Position numbers and translations under genes: made by a program
Shown: one piece after another, positions 12,361 through 24,749 of the stretch
Layout: the number at the start of each line of letters is the position of its first letter
How positions within the stretch are numbered: the stretch's first letter is position 1
Source of the DNA: Raja brachyura
Taxonomy: Eukaryota
Reading direction: 5' to 3'
Assembly (NCBI GenBank): GCA_963514005.1
Contig: OY740812.1
Span: 12,958,001-13,022,000 of the forward strand
DNA length: 64,000 nucleotides
Notes under the pieces: generated by a model
What the model saw: only the letters and a program-made list of their open reading frames with translations
Databases searched by the model: none
What the model was told of the DNA's origin: nothing

Positions 12361-14749
12361 TAATTGTCTGCATTTTTCTTCCACCGGGGTTTATACTACG
12401 GCTTCCAAGAAGACTGAGCAATGCTACCAGTAATGCATAACAGTTGTCAGCCTGCTGCAGTATATCTTTGTTGTACCAATATATGTGATACCCTGACATT
12501 CATCCACCCACCCTGACTGCCATAACCTTGTAATTCATTGTGGGGTGAGTTGGAAGAGCCAGGGTTGTCTGCTGGCCAAATCATGCAGTCGATATACAGT
12601 AGGTGATGTCTGTGAAACGATGATGTTTTGATCTGTGTTTCCATCTACACAGACATCACGGTAGGTGCTGACTTTCTGGATTACTTGCAGAAACATTTCC
12701 CATTCCATGTTAATCACAATTTGGCCATCCACCATACAGCATGTGAATGCTTGTCAGTGATATCTGCAGCCCAATGAAGAAATGTACACTAAGCAAGTTT
12801 GAGACAAACTCATCCAGAATTTCTATACTGGAAGAAATGTATCCCATAATTGTGATTTGGATTACTCGTTAAATGGGTTCATGGTCACAATGGAAGCAGG
12901 CAGGGGTGGCACAGGACCAGTTTGGGATTGAAATTGACTTTAACAAACCACTCCTGTATTTCAGTGACCTTTTTGAACTCGTCTCTGCCCTTTTCAAAGT
13001 GATTGTGAGAATTGGGTGAGGGGTTTGCAGCAAACTTGCCAAGAGCCCTAAGTACCACCCTGTGGAATACGGTGCCATAGGTGCATCAGTGGAAGTCTTA
13101 ATCTGTAGGTATGCACTTTGTCGAAGGGAGCTTGGCCTCGTGCTGGTCTCATTGAGTGTGCATCTCCCCTTTTGTACTATTCCTACAGTGTCGACTGCAA
13201 AACAAGAAATTTCAAATGATGTCTGCCCATTCCATTTCCAAAAGGAATTGTTACTGCAAGCAATTATACTGCAGCCAGCCAAAAGGGGGAACAATTTCAT
13301 GGACTCGTCAGTACTTTAAACCAAATACAGAATTGTTAAGGATTAAAATGAAAAAAATGCTGGAAATGTAAAGTTTTTAATTAAAAAATGCAAATTGCCA
13401 GACCTGTGCCATAAGACTGTGCTTATCAGAATCTGAAGGGTCTCTGTTGAAATGAGGGACCCAATGATATTAACAACTTGCAAGTTTTATTTAATGCCAA
13501 AAACCACAAACCACTAACACTTAAAATATGATTGCAAATCAGTGAGTTACCATTCAAAGAATGAGGAGATAGGGACCGTGATAGAATCTACTTGGCGAAT
13601 GCCTTGTTTTGAAGTACAGTATTTTATGTATTTTCTAAGTGTGACCCACACTGCAGCAAATGTATGTTTGATACATTTTCTTTAAAAAATGCTTTCTGCA
13701 TACTAATATATGCACTACATACACTAATGCAGTTTATTTTGATAAGCTCTTACACTCAGCATTTAAAATGACTGTATAAATTGAACAGTATTCTGTATTG
13801 ATGTAATATAGTTTTTAATCTTTTATTCCCCGATTGCAGTATTTTATACATTTGTTTATTGATGCTTGTACGTAGCATTATATGTTTTTAAAAGTTTTAC
13901 AAATATAGACAAAAATGATATCTTGATACTGTTATTTGGCTTTTTATTTGCATCGTAGGTTTCTGTATGTTTTATTGTCTTTCATGGTCTACTTTGGATC
14001 AATCAATTGTTTCCACCATCCTCCCTTTCATTTGACCCTCAGCTACCTCTGAGACTTTGGTCTGATCCCGACCCACTGCACAGTACAAAGCACACGTAGG
14101 ATTCAATAATCCATTCTCTGCAGCAAGAGATTATGAAATTATACAAGGAAGCTGGTTAAAGTGCCCTTTAATATGATGATTCAATTATAAATACCATCTA
14201 TGAATGTTGAGTTAAGACTGGTAGCAAAAGCCTTGAAACTGTAGAGGCTTCTTGGTGCCATCAGTCTAGCCGATTGACTGGTCAAAGCTCTTCTGAACGG
14301 CCACATCGCCCGATCAAAATGGCCTGGGGTTTGGATGCTACTGATATTTATATTGGACATCCGGCCCCAACAGTGGTTGGCATGCAGCTGCTGTGCCCAT
14401 CTTCAGAATTTCTAAACAAATGTTTTTCACTTTGACTTTCTGCTGACTTTGAACATGCTTTCTTTCCTGCACCCATTTAAACTCATATTGGCACACTTTT
14501 AATCTTATTTTATTCTAATCTTTATCACTGTATTCAAAAAATCTGATTAGCTTTTATTCTCACATTGTAATCTTTATTTCCTAAAGAGAGGATGAATTGT
14601 GGGAAGGACAGTGATGAGAATGGAGCTTGTGTAATTCTCTGGCTGCTAATCTGATGATTTGGACAGTTAGCATCACTTGAGTTGCAATGACTGTTAAGAT
14701 TCTACTCATCTCAAACCCACAGCATCCATTAATTTACTAATTTATCTAT

Positions 14750-15635
14750 CACTTGTATATTAATGATATGGATGATGGGATTGAAGGCTTTGTGGCCAAG
14801 TTTGCAGATGATACGAAAATAGGTAGAAGGGCAGATAGTGTAGAGAAATCGGGGACTCTGCAGAAGGACTTGGATAGGTTGGGAGAGTGGGCAGAGAAGT
14901 GGCAGGTGGAATATAGTGTGGCAAAGTGTGGAGTCATACATTTTGGTAGTAGGAATAAAGGCAAAGGTTATTTTCCAAACGGGGAGCGTATCCAGAAATC
15001 GGAGGTGCAAAGGGACTTGGGAGTGCTGGTGCAGGATTCCCAAAAAGTGAATCCGCAAGCCGAACCAGTAGTAAAGAAAGCAAACACAATGCTAGCATTT
15101 ATTTCGAGAGGGCTTGTATACTAAAACAGGGATGTAATGCTGAGGCCCTATAAGGCGCTGGTTGGGTTGCATTTGGAATATTGTGAGCAATGTTTGGCAC
15201 CATATCTGTGCTGGCTCTGGCGAGGATCCACAGGGAGTTTCACAAATGATTCCAGGAATGAGTAGGTTAGCATAAGTTGAGCGTTTGACAGCACTGGACC
15301 TATATTCGCTGGAGTTCAGAAGGATGAGGGACCTCATTGAAACGTACAGAATAGTGAAAGGCTTGGTTAGAGTGGATGTGGAGAGGATGTTTCCACCAGT
15401 GGAAGAGTCTAGGACAAGAGGTCATAACTTCATAATTAAAGGACATTCTTTTAGGAAGGAGATGAGGAATTTCTTTAGTCAGGGGGCTGTGGAGGCAGTC
15501 AGTGGATATATTTAAGGCAGAGAGATTCTTGATTAGTATGGGTAGAAGGCAGGAGAATGGGGTTAGGAGGGAGAGATTGATCAGCCATGATTAAATGGCG
15601 GAGTACACTTGATGGGCCAAATGGCCTAATTCTGA
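14750..15635 (+). mobile_element. CR1 LINE, 5'-truncated, decayed
   Basis: YINDMDDGIEGFVAKFADDTKIG RT motif, later stops and frameshifts, CR1 3' tail. Confidence 0.9.
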
Positions 15636-15639
15636 TCTT

Positions 15640-15895
15640 GCGTTGTCATATGTTGGACCAGGCTGTGATGCAACCAGTCAATATGCTCTCTACACCTGTA
15701 GAAGTTCAAGAGTATTCATTGACATACCAAATCTCCTCCATCTTCTAAGGAAATGGAGGAAGTGATGGGCTTTCTTTATGAATGCATCAATGTGCTGGAT
15801 CTTCAGAGATGTGCACACCCAGGAATTTGAAGTTTTGACTCCACCACTGTCCGGTTGATGAAGACAGATTTGTGGATCCACAGCCTTTCTCTTCT
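15640..15895 (-). mobile_element. Rex1/Babar LINE fragment
   Basis: Minus-strand IKKAHHFLHFLRRWRRFGMS resembles the Rex1 RT C-terminal region. Confidence 0.65.
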
Positions 15896-16379
15896 GAAGA
15901 AGAAACCTCTTCTGGAAGAAGATCTAGTTCTCCACTGACTACTGTTAAACATGAAAGGTGCGAGTTGGTTACTAATGCGGATGAGACCAGGGACAGTGTG
16001 CAGTTATCTTTTGTGGACTAGGATTTGCTTTTTTTTTCTCTTGGGGGTCAAATCCTGGATGTTTTAAAGTAGTCAAAAATAAATTGCCCAAGTGGTGCAT
16101 GTTAGCAGAGAATCTGTGAGTTTGAAAGTGAATTATTTAGTCAATCTATAGCTTTAAGATGCCTTGCTACCTCAATTATAACTCCATAAACAACCCTGCC
16201 TTGTGTGTGGTTGATTGTGAAGCAGTCTGTTTAAGGGATGTTCACATCCCTGAAAACTGACACATCAAAGCACCATATTCCAAAATCACTACCAAATTAT
16301 GAGATAGAACCTCATTGTCAATAGCCTAGATTGTTTATCAGGAGTGAAAGAGTGAAGAGATGGCCACTATAAAGAGAGG

Positions 16380-16540
16380 AGGTAGCCACATCAGCCAGAG
16401 CGCAGGTAGTTCACTATGCCGCTGCTTCATCTGCATTTGGGCTCACTGATGCAGAGCACTGAATGCAATAGAACGGGGTTAGAGGAGGTGCATGTGAACC
16501 ACTGGTCACCAGAAGGGCAGCTTGAATCCCCGTTTGTTGG
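16380..16540 (-). mobile_element. Penelope GIY-YIG fragment
   Basis: Reverse complement similar to 63590-63720. Confidence 0.55.
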
Positions 16541-16659
16541 GTTTTACAACAGGATCACACCAGTCACTCCCCCACCTTTTCTGCTTTCAACAGGTACCAC
16601 TCTGTGGATTGAAAATTGAAAATCTTTATTATCATTTTCCTGAGTACTTACATACCCAG

Positions 16660-17465
16660 AGGAAACAAAAAAACGTTGCTCAACCAGTGTCCATTCAGTG
16701 TGCGGTAAAAAATAAATAGAAATAAAAATACAAGCTCCAATCGGCAGCGGCACGACAATGGCTCTGCTTCAGTGTGTCCTGGTTGGTGCGCGATACTTTG
16801 GCAGGGGGCAAAGTCCGTTATCAGTCTTATAGCCTGCGGGAAGAAGCTGAGGAGCATCCTGCTGGTTTTGCAGCTGATGCTCCTGTACGTCTTCCCAGAT
16901 GGCAGGATGGAGCATATGTGATGCGATGGGTGGTAGGGGTCTTTGATGTTGGAGATGGCTCTGTTGATACATCTCTTCCTGTATATGTCCAGCAGGCAAG
17001 GGAGTGGAGCACCAATAATCCTGCTGGCGGTCTTCACAATCCTGTCTAGTTGGTGCCGTTCGTGCACTTGGCAGCTCCCGAACCAGGAAGTGATGCATTA
17101 GGTTAATGTGCTCTCGATTGTCCCCCTATACAGCAGGAGGTTTAGGACACAGCTTTGGGGCGAGCCAGTGCTCACGGCTATGGTTTTTGATGTCCTACTG
17201 CCCACCCTGACAGTCTGCTGCCGTTGCGATAGAAAATTCAGGACCCAATTACATGTGCCAGCATCAACCCCCAATAACTCCAACTTCTCCACCAGCTGCT
17301 GCTGAATGATTGTGTTAAAAGCAGAGCTGAAGTCTATGAAGAGGATCCTGGCATAAGTATTTTTCGATCAAGGTGTGGCAGTACGAGGTTCAGTGTTGTT
17401 GAGACTGCGTCCTCTGTGGATCGGTTGGCTCTGTAGGCGAACTGCAGTGGGTCTAGGTCGGCAGG
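16660..17465 (-). mobile_element. Rex1/Babar LINE fragment with internal deletion
   Basis: Translates as [32 protein letters not shown]...[10 protein letters not shown] and KDPYHPSH...LPSGKTYRS...SFFPQAIRL. Confidence 0.85.
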
Positions 17466-17469
17466 TAGG

Positions 17470-20400
17470 CCATCGGTGTGACACCCTGCTTTGTTCATCA
17501 CTCCCCCTCCTCAGGCATTTTCTCCTTCATCATAGGAGGTGTGATACCTGTTGCTACACCTCCAGCTCCTCCAGGGACCCAAACAACCCTTCCAAGTGAG
17601 ACAGGTTTACTTGGACCTTCGCCAGGAAGAAGAGTCTTGACCCAAAACGTCACCCTTTCCTTCTCTCCAGAGATGCTGCCTCCTGCTGAGTTACTCCTGC
17701 TTTTTGTGTCTACCTTCGGCTTAATCCAGCATCTGCAGTTCCTTCTGCTCCACTGCGGAATCTCCTCAAGGTATGTCTACTTTGAAGAAGTTCTTCTCTC
17801 TCCGACGAGAGTTCTGCAACATCCTCTCTGGCTCTCCCTCTGTGATTTCTCCTGCTCTCTGACTCTACGACCACGTTTTAACCCAGACTCGCTACCACAG
17901 CCACGTGTGTTTTATCTGTGCTTGCCTGCGCCTCCATCTTCTACCTCGGATTCCAACTCCGGTTCCAGGCATCCTAGTTCGAACCCAACCCGCGTTACAG
18001 GTACCGACAGTCGATCTGCCGCTTTTCGCAATTTTGCAACAGTTCTCATTCCGTGGGCAATGGGCCAAACTGTACTTCATTCAACGCCAGATCCACGGCC
18101 TCCAGCAAGGATCACAATCCTGCCCACCTCCAGACCGGCCCCTCCACCGACACTCCTCGACTCGACCACCCGCAGGCCCGGGGCTCCACCGCTGGCTGCC
18201 GACTCTCACCGTCTCCCTGGGGCCACCGCTGTCGCCGACCTTCACTGTCTCCCCGGGGCCACCGATGCTGCTGACGCCGACCCGTATCTCTACTCCAGCG
18301 TCCCACGGGCCTCCACCGGTGACCCTGCCGAACCTCGCCTATCCACCGCCCACCAGCGGGCCTCATCTAGGTTCTAGGCTCAGCACCAGGCCCATAGCCT
18401 CCACGATGCAGACTCCATCCTACTGCAACCTCTCCCCCTGCTGGGAACCTCAGTAATGATTGGTCCTTTTTTTTCCCTTTTATTTCGGGTTCTGGCAGTG
18501 TAGACGCTGCTAAGCGTATTACTGCCTTCCACAGTTCAGAGTTTGAACTAGATTCTTACATACAATCCTGTCACATGCAGGAATTGAAGAACAGCCCTGG
18601 ATATCAATTGATGTTTCTCATTGTGCCCAAACAAAGATAAAACAGAAAAAGCCTCAACACCAAGTCCCATCAGTCTAACTAACAATACTTTTCTTTCTAC
18701 CCTATACTTTTTACATTCTAGGAAAACATGCTTAACTGTCTCATCACTCCCACATTCACACAAGCCAGAAACATGTTTCCCGATAATGTACAAATAATAA
18801 TTTAACCAACAATGTCCCAATTTCAACCTACACAATTTAACTGAGTCCCTACGGGACAGAGATGTACAGAAACATATTTTCCTACTTCAGATTGAATAGA
18901 AAAGTAATGTCTACCCCTGACTTCCTTTTCCCATCCTCTCTGCCATTCTTTTATTAAGCCCTCTTTAATTATTTCTCTCAATTCCACTCTCCTCAATGAT
19001 ACATGAATATCTATTTCTCTTTTCAAACTTTCCTTTGCTACGAGGTCCACCTGCTCATTCCCCCTCACTCCAGCATGCCCAGGAACCCAGCAAAAGGTGA
19101 TATTATACACAAACCCAATTCTGGAAAACACACCCAAGATTTCATTTAGAATGTCAGGACGAGCTTTAGATTTTCCCGCTCTTAAAGTTTCAAGAGCAGC
19201 TACAGAATCGGAACAGATAATGACTTCTCTAAAACTGGCTTCCTCAATCCACCATAGAGCCCATTGAATTGCCATTAATTCAGTCGTGAGAACAGAGCTT
19301 CCATCAGAAATGCGTCGACCAAACCTCAACCCAAGCTGCTCCATATACACTCCAAACCCAGCTCTCCCACTAACTGGGTCCTTAGATCCATCTGTGAAAA
19401 CAATCAAAGTGCTCTCACGAATTAAATTAAAATATTCCATTATTCTTGGAGTCACCTCACGCTTATCTTTTCCCTCAAGAAGCGCAAGCTCAATAACCAG
19501 TTCAGGAAGAACCCAATAGGGCACAGGATACCATAACATATGCTCTATAATACCCTCTTGTTCCAAACCCAACTTCCTAGCCCACTGATTTATAATTACA
19601 AAAAAGTGTAATATTTGTTACCATCATCCTCCTCTTGCAACAAACACCTCCCTGGGAAGGTATCATTACACCCACAAAGTTTAGCCCAGTAATGTAACCC
19701 TAACTTAATGCGCCTTAACCATAAGGGCATTTCTCCCATTTCAACAATCAGGGCAAGGGACTGGGGAAGTTCTAAAGGCTCCACAGCAAAGCCTCAAAGC
19801 CTTTGCCTGCAACACATCTAGCCTAGCCAGAACTGTTTTAGACGCAGACCCATACACAAAACACCCATAGTCAAGAGAAGATCTGATCATGGCCTGATAA
19901 ATTAGCATCATTGTCTCCCTGTTGGCCCCCCACTCACACCCAACCAGACTTCTCATAACATTCAGAACTTTTCCACACTTCAACACAATTTTACCAACAT
20001 GTACAGCCCAAGTCATATGCTCTTCAAAACAAACACCCAAAAACTTAAAAACCTTTACTTTCTCCAAAAGAGACCCATACATATACAGCCCTAACTTAGG
20101 CAACTTTCTTTTAAAACCAAATACCATATATTTAGTCTTAGAGGCAGAGATTTTAAAGCCCCATGTGTCCCCCCACTCCTCTACAGACTCTAACACTTTT
20201 TGAATCTGTTTTAAAACAAACTCTACATTACGACCACTTTTCCAGATGGCCCCGTCATCTGCAAACAAAGACAGACCGAACCCTCTCTTTACTTTACAAA
20301 ATATGTCGTTTATCATGATATTAAATAAAACTGGACTGATAACACTTCCCTGCGGGGTTCCATTCTCTATTTCTACAGTCTCTGTAATGATTGGTCTGCC

Positions 20401-20780
20401 CCTTCCCCCTCTTTTAACCAGGTTACCCCGACCACACCCCATCCATACAATAGTCCTCACGCCCCCCCCCCCCCCCCCTCTTTGAACACCCACCATCAGA
20501 TTTCGCCTCGGCCTTTGTCCACTCTCCTGCCCCCTTCTGATCGCAACCTTGTGTGTTCACATCCCCCCTGAACTCCCCCTTTCTGATACGGAACAGTCTG
20601 TCCTCAACAGAGGCTTCACCTTTGTTCCCCTCCGCCCCCACCTCAACGAGCTCCGGGTCCGCCATGACATTGAGCTTTTCTTCCGTGGAAGGAGGGTGTC
20701 GACTCGAAACATCACCCATTCCTTCTCTCCAGAGATGCTGCCTGTCCCGCTGAGTTACTCCAACTTCTTGTGTCCTTCTC
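17470..20780 (+). mobile_element. Penelope-like (Neptune-type) element 5' region with pLTR copies, split by a LINE at 18466-20383
   Basis: pLTR copies at ~17620-17750 and ~20685-20780. N-terminal peptide IPPELPLSDTEQSVLNRGFTFVPLRPHLNELRVRHDIELFFR (20560-20690). Continuous across the TSD. Confidence 0.7.
18466..20383 (-). mobile_element. Nimb/I-clade LINE, 5'-truncated, with RT, RNase H and CCHC domains
   Basis: RT: GTPQGSVISPVLFNIMIND...SLFADD. RNase H: FTDGSK...TELMAI...ICSDS...WVPGHAGVRGNEQVD. CCHC: CECG...ETVKHVFLEC. A-rich tail and a 13-bp TSD GTAATGATTGGTC (18453-65 and 20384-96). Confidence 0.88.
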
Positions 20781-21179
20781 CATCCTTGTCTGTTGCATTC
20801 AGGTGCTGTTGACATATCCTCCACTACATCGATGAGACCAAGGGTAGACCGGGCCAACATTTGCTCACCTCTTACTCCATCCCTTCTCACCTAGATCCAT
20901 CTCTGTCTGGGTCTCGGCTCCTAATCCTCCCCCTGCCCTAAGCCAGGGTCCTGACCCCAACCATTGCCTGTCCATTCCCTCCAGACGCCGCCTCGGTGAG
21001 TGGGTCAGGAGAGTTTTATTTTACGGAACCCGGTTCGTAACATAACACCGTAATACAAAGTACGTATTAGTGTTATGAACATTGCTTGCGGAACAATAAC
21101 GCGTTTACTTAACCCACAGCAGCACAACAGGTATGTCCAATGGTGCTTGTGCTGTCACGTGTACTATGTAAACAAAGTA

Positions 21180-21900
21180 GTGTGATGCTGGGCCGAATGG
21201 CCTGCGCTCCACGGGGGAGGATGGACGGGGTTACACTGGGGTACAGCGCCGTTAGTTACCGGGGTAAGCGCTAGTTATGAGCTGGTTACTGAGGCTGCCG
21301 GGAGGTAACCGCGTGCAGCTAGTTACTAGTTACCGGGGTAAGCGCTAGTTATGAGCTGGTTACTGAGACGCTGCCGCTACTCGGCGGTGGGTGACGTTGA
21401 CGCCTGCCGGATGTGACGATGGCACGCGTCAGTGTTGGGAGGCGGGGCCTGGAGACGGAGCTTCGCGGATCGCGCGTCAGGTAAGCGGCCGCCTCGGCGC
21501 ACGGTGCGGCCCGGCCCGGCCCAGAGCGGCCCAGAGCGGCCCAGAGCAGATCAGATCAGATCAGGCCCCGCTCGCCCCCCTGCCTGCCCGGTCACACAGC
21601 CCCCGCTCACCCCCCCTGCCCGCCCGCCCGCCCGGTCACACAGCCCTGCAGGTCTCATTCCGGCCCGGCGGACCCAGTCACCCCCCTCTTGTGGAGTGGG
21701 CCAGGGGCGATCCCTCCCATAAGGGGAGCTCCCTCCCTCTCCCCGCGGTCTAACTGTGCCCCCCCCTCCCACCCCACTCTCTCTCCGCCTTCCCCGGTCG
21801 AGGCAGCGGGTTTCCTTTCCGCTCCCGCGCTCTCCTTCCCCTTCGTTCCTTCATTCTGGTCTTCGGCCCCCCCACAAGTGCACTGTCGTGACTTTCATTG
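21180..21900 (+). promoter_or_regulatory. CCDC47: CpG-island promoter and non-coding exon 1 of CCDC47
   Basis: CpG-dense. Contains TGACG (CRE half-sites), CCGGAT (ETS-like), a GC box GGCGGGGC and an Inr-like TCAGTG at 21429. Strong donor CAG|GTAAGC, exon ending at 21480. Confidence 0.75.
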
Positions 21901-22629
21901 AAATCTTGCCGTTCATGTCCTATCCAACACACAACAGGCCAGTTGGGCAAACGTGGTGTAATATTACCCTCTCGTGCAGCTCGTTTTGCGATTCTCTCAA
22001 TTTTGCACGAACCCACTCAAACTTGCATGCAAGGCACAGCGTCTTGTTTTCTATCATGTTTCACTAACGTTCAGCTTTCCAGTTTTGACCTCTTAGTTTC
22101 CTTGTATAGAATTGAATGAATTAGTGACTTCCATCACTGCTAAACATGGCGAGAGATTTTTGATTGCTTAATGTGTTTCCGGTTCACCACGCGAAAAAAA
22201 TGATCATAGAGTTGAAGGGACTACATTCTTTCATTGTTTTACATTGACTTTTTAATCGGCACACGTCCACCTTTAGGCAAGTGGTATCTGCCTAAGATAA
22301 GGCCTTGCAATACCACCTTGAGGTATGAGCAGTTCTTGGTCCCACGGGTACTGGGCATGGGGAGTACCGATTTATCAAGATGTTGGTTGTAATTCAAAGG
22401 TTAATTGACACAAAAAGAAGATTGTACTCCGTGCATAATAGTTTGAACTGAAGGGGCAAATTGAAACACTTTCAATTTGGTGAATTTTTACTGAGTAAAA
22501 ATTAGAGCTAGAGCTTTGAGTGGGAAGTTCAGAAACAAACATACGAAATATGATACAATTGGGAAACCTCTGTTACCAATGATGTGATGTAATATCAATT
22601 GTACACAGAATTCTGAATAACATATTGTG

Positions 22630-23620
22630 AGAAAGCATATGTAGATGACGTCTACTTGAATGTTAGTAATGTATTTGGTAAAGTTGTCCATGGTCGGCCT
22701 ATCCAGAAGATTAAGATGCACGGGATTCACGGCGACTTGGTCATGTGGATTCAGAACTGGCTTACTCGTAGAAGATGGCATTGGGATGGAAGGGCATTAT
22801 TCTGTCTGGAGATCTGTGACCAGTGGAGTTCTGCCGGAATCTCTGCTGGGACTTCTGTTTGTGATTATGTATAAATGACGTGAACATAAATGCAGGTGGG
22901 TTGGTTAGTATGTTTGCAGGCAGCATCAAGATTGCAGGAGTCGAGGACAGTGAGGAAGACTAACCGTATAGCGCGAGTTAAAGATTAGCTACCGAAATGG
23001 GCAAGGAAATTATATGGAATGTGATCTGTATAAGTGTGAGACATTGCACTTAACAAAGTTTGAATATAAGGCAAGAACCGTAACAGCATTGAGGTGCAGA
23101 GGAATCGTAGGTCCGGGTTCACAGCTCCCTGAATGTGGCAACACAAGTACTTAGAGTGGGAAAGAAGGCGTATAGTGTGTTTGCCTTCATTGGTCAGAGC
23201 ATTGAGTATAATTCAGGAAGTCACTATGCAGCTCTATGAGACTGGTTGATCTGCATTGGGAGTATTGCATACAGTTGTTGTTGCCCCATTGGGGAGGGTG
23301 CAGAGGAGCTTTATCAGAATGCTGCCTGGATTAGGGGTGCATTGGCTACAAGAAGAGGCTGGACAAACTTGGATTGTTTTCTCTGGAGTACTGGAGATTA
23401 AGGGGAGAGCTGATAAAAGTATATAAAGTTATGGCAATATCTGATTGGGAAGACAGACAGAACCCTTCTCCCGGGGTAAAAATGTCAAAGAAATAGCTTC
23501 AGGGCGACGGGCAAACTTGTGCAGAGCAGGGGGTTTTTTTCACATGGGTGTTTGGTGCCTGGAACACACCGCCAGAGGTGGTGGTTGAGCAGATTCTATA
23601 GGGACATTAAAGAGGCTTTA
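22630..23620 (+). mobile_element. Decayed CR1 LINE
   Basis: KVVHGR...WIQNWL and WRSVTSGVLPESLLGLLF RT remnants. Confidence 0.8.
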
Positions 23621-24749
23621 CTGGGGGTTACTCTGCAATTTATTCTGATTACAACTGACTGCTCAGCTCTGTTTTTTGTCTCGCTATAGTAACCATTCAT
23701 TCTCTTACATCGTGCATCTATCCACTTCTGCTATAAAAATATTCATAGGCTCTAGTTCAATTTTCTTTGAAGAGAGTTCCAAGGATAAAGGACCCCTTTG
23801 AAGAAATTTAACTTTCACTATTTTAAATGGGCAATTCCATATTTTTAAATAGTAATAACCACCAATTCTAGATTATCCCAGGAGATAAAAATGCCCTCTT
23901 TACATCAATCCTGTCACAATCCCTCAGGAGCTTGTTGCCTCTTACTCTTTTAAAATCTGGGGTCTACCAGGCTTTTCAGTCTAAGCTTTCTGATACCATT
24001 ACAGCATGATCTATTTTCACTGAACTGTTTCCAATGCATTTCTATCCTTACGTAATTGGGGGCACACGGTGTAAGGATTCCAGAAGTGGTCTCACCACTG
24101 CTTTATGTAATTGAAGCATAACATCGTTACTTTGTATTATATTCCCTTAATAATAAGTGATAACATTATTAGCTTTCCTAATTACCCACTGTACCTGCAA
24201 CGCCTACCTTTAACAGATCAAGAAATAGGGCGCACAGATCTATTTGCTTCTCAGCTCTGCATCTCCCATTGCTCAGATTATCTTAATTTTCCTGCTAAAT
24301 GGGCAGCTTCACATTTTCCTGTTCACCAGTTCTTTTGCTCACTCACCTAAACCTTTGAAGTCCACCTATATCTACAAATTTAACAAGCATACCACTGATA
24401 ACTTCATTCAAGTTTGGTATATCAATTGTAAAAGATTGAAGCCCCAAACTGATCTCTCTGGCACACAGAGTGTTGCATCTTGCCAACCAGAATAAGACAG
24501 TCTACACTTTCCTGTTATATTCACGTCCACCTGCCACAGCATGAGATTTATTTTTTGCAAAAGATGATTTTGATGTAACACCTTATCCAATGTCTCTGTA
24601 AACCTAGGTTTAGTGCTTGTTCCTCTTCGTCCACAGTGCATATTATTTTTTCAAAGGACTCCAATAGGTTGATCAAATGTGATTTCACTTTCAAAAAACA
24701 CATTGGCTTGGCTTACCTTGAATTTTTATAACATTTTCTCAGTGATTTA

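Noticed and set aside
17478-18456. 299-aa and 183-aa Pro/Ser-rich ORFs
   Set aside because: They lie in the C-rich 5' region of a Penelope-like element and read through a pLTR, so they are not host genes.
21391-22119. Several overlapping GC-rich ORFs
   Set aside because: Stop-poor CpG-island sequence with no recognisable protein.
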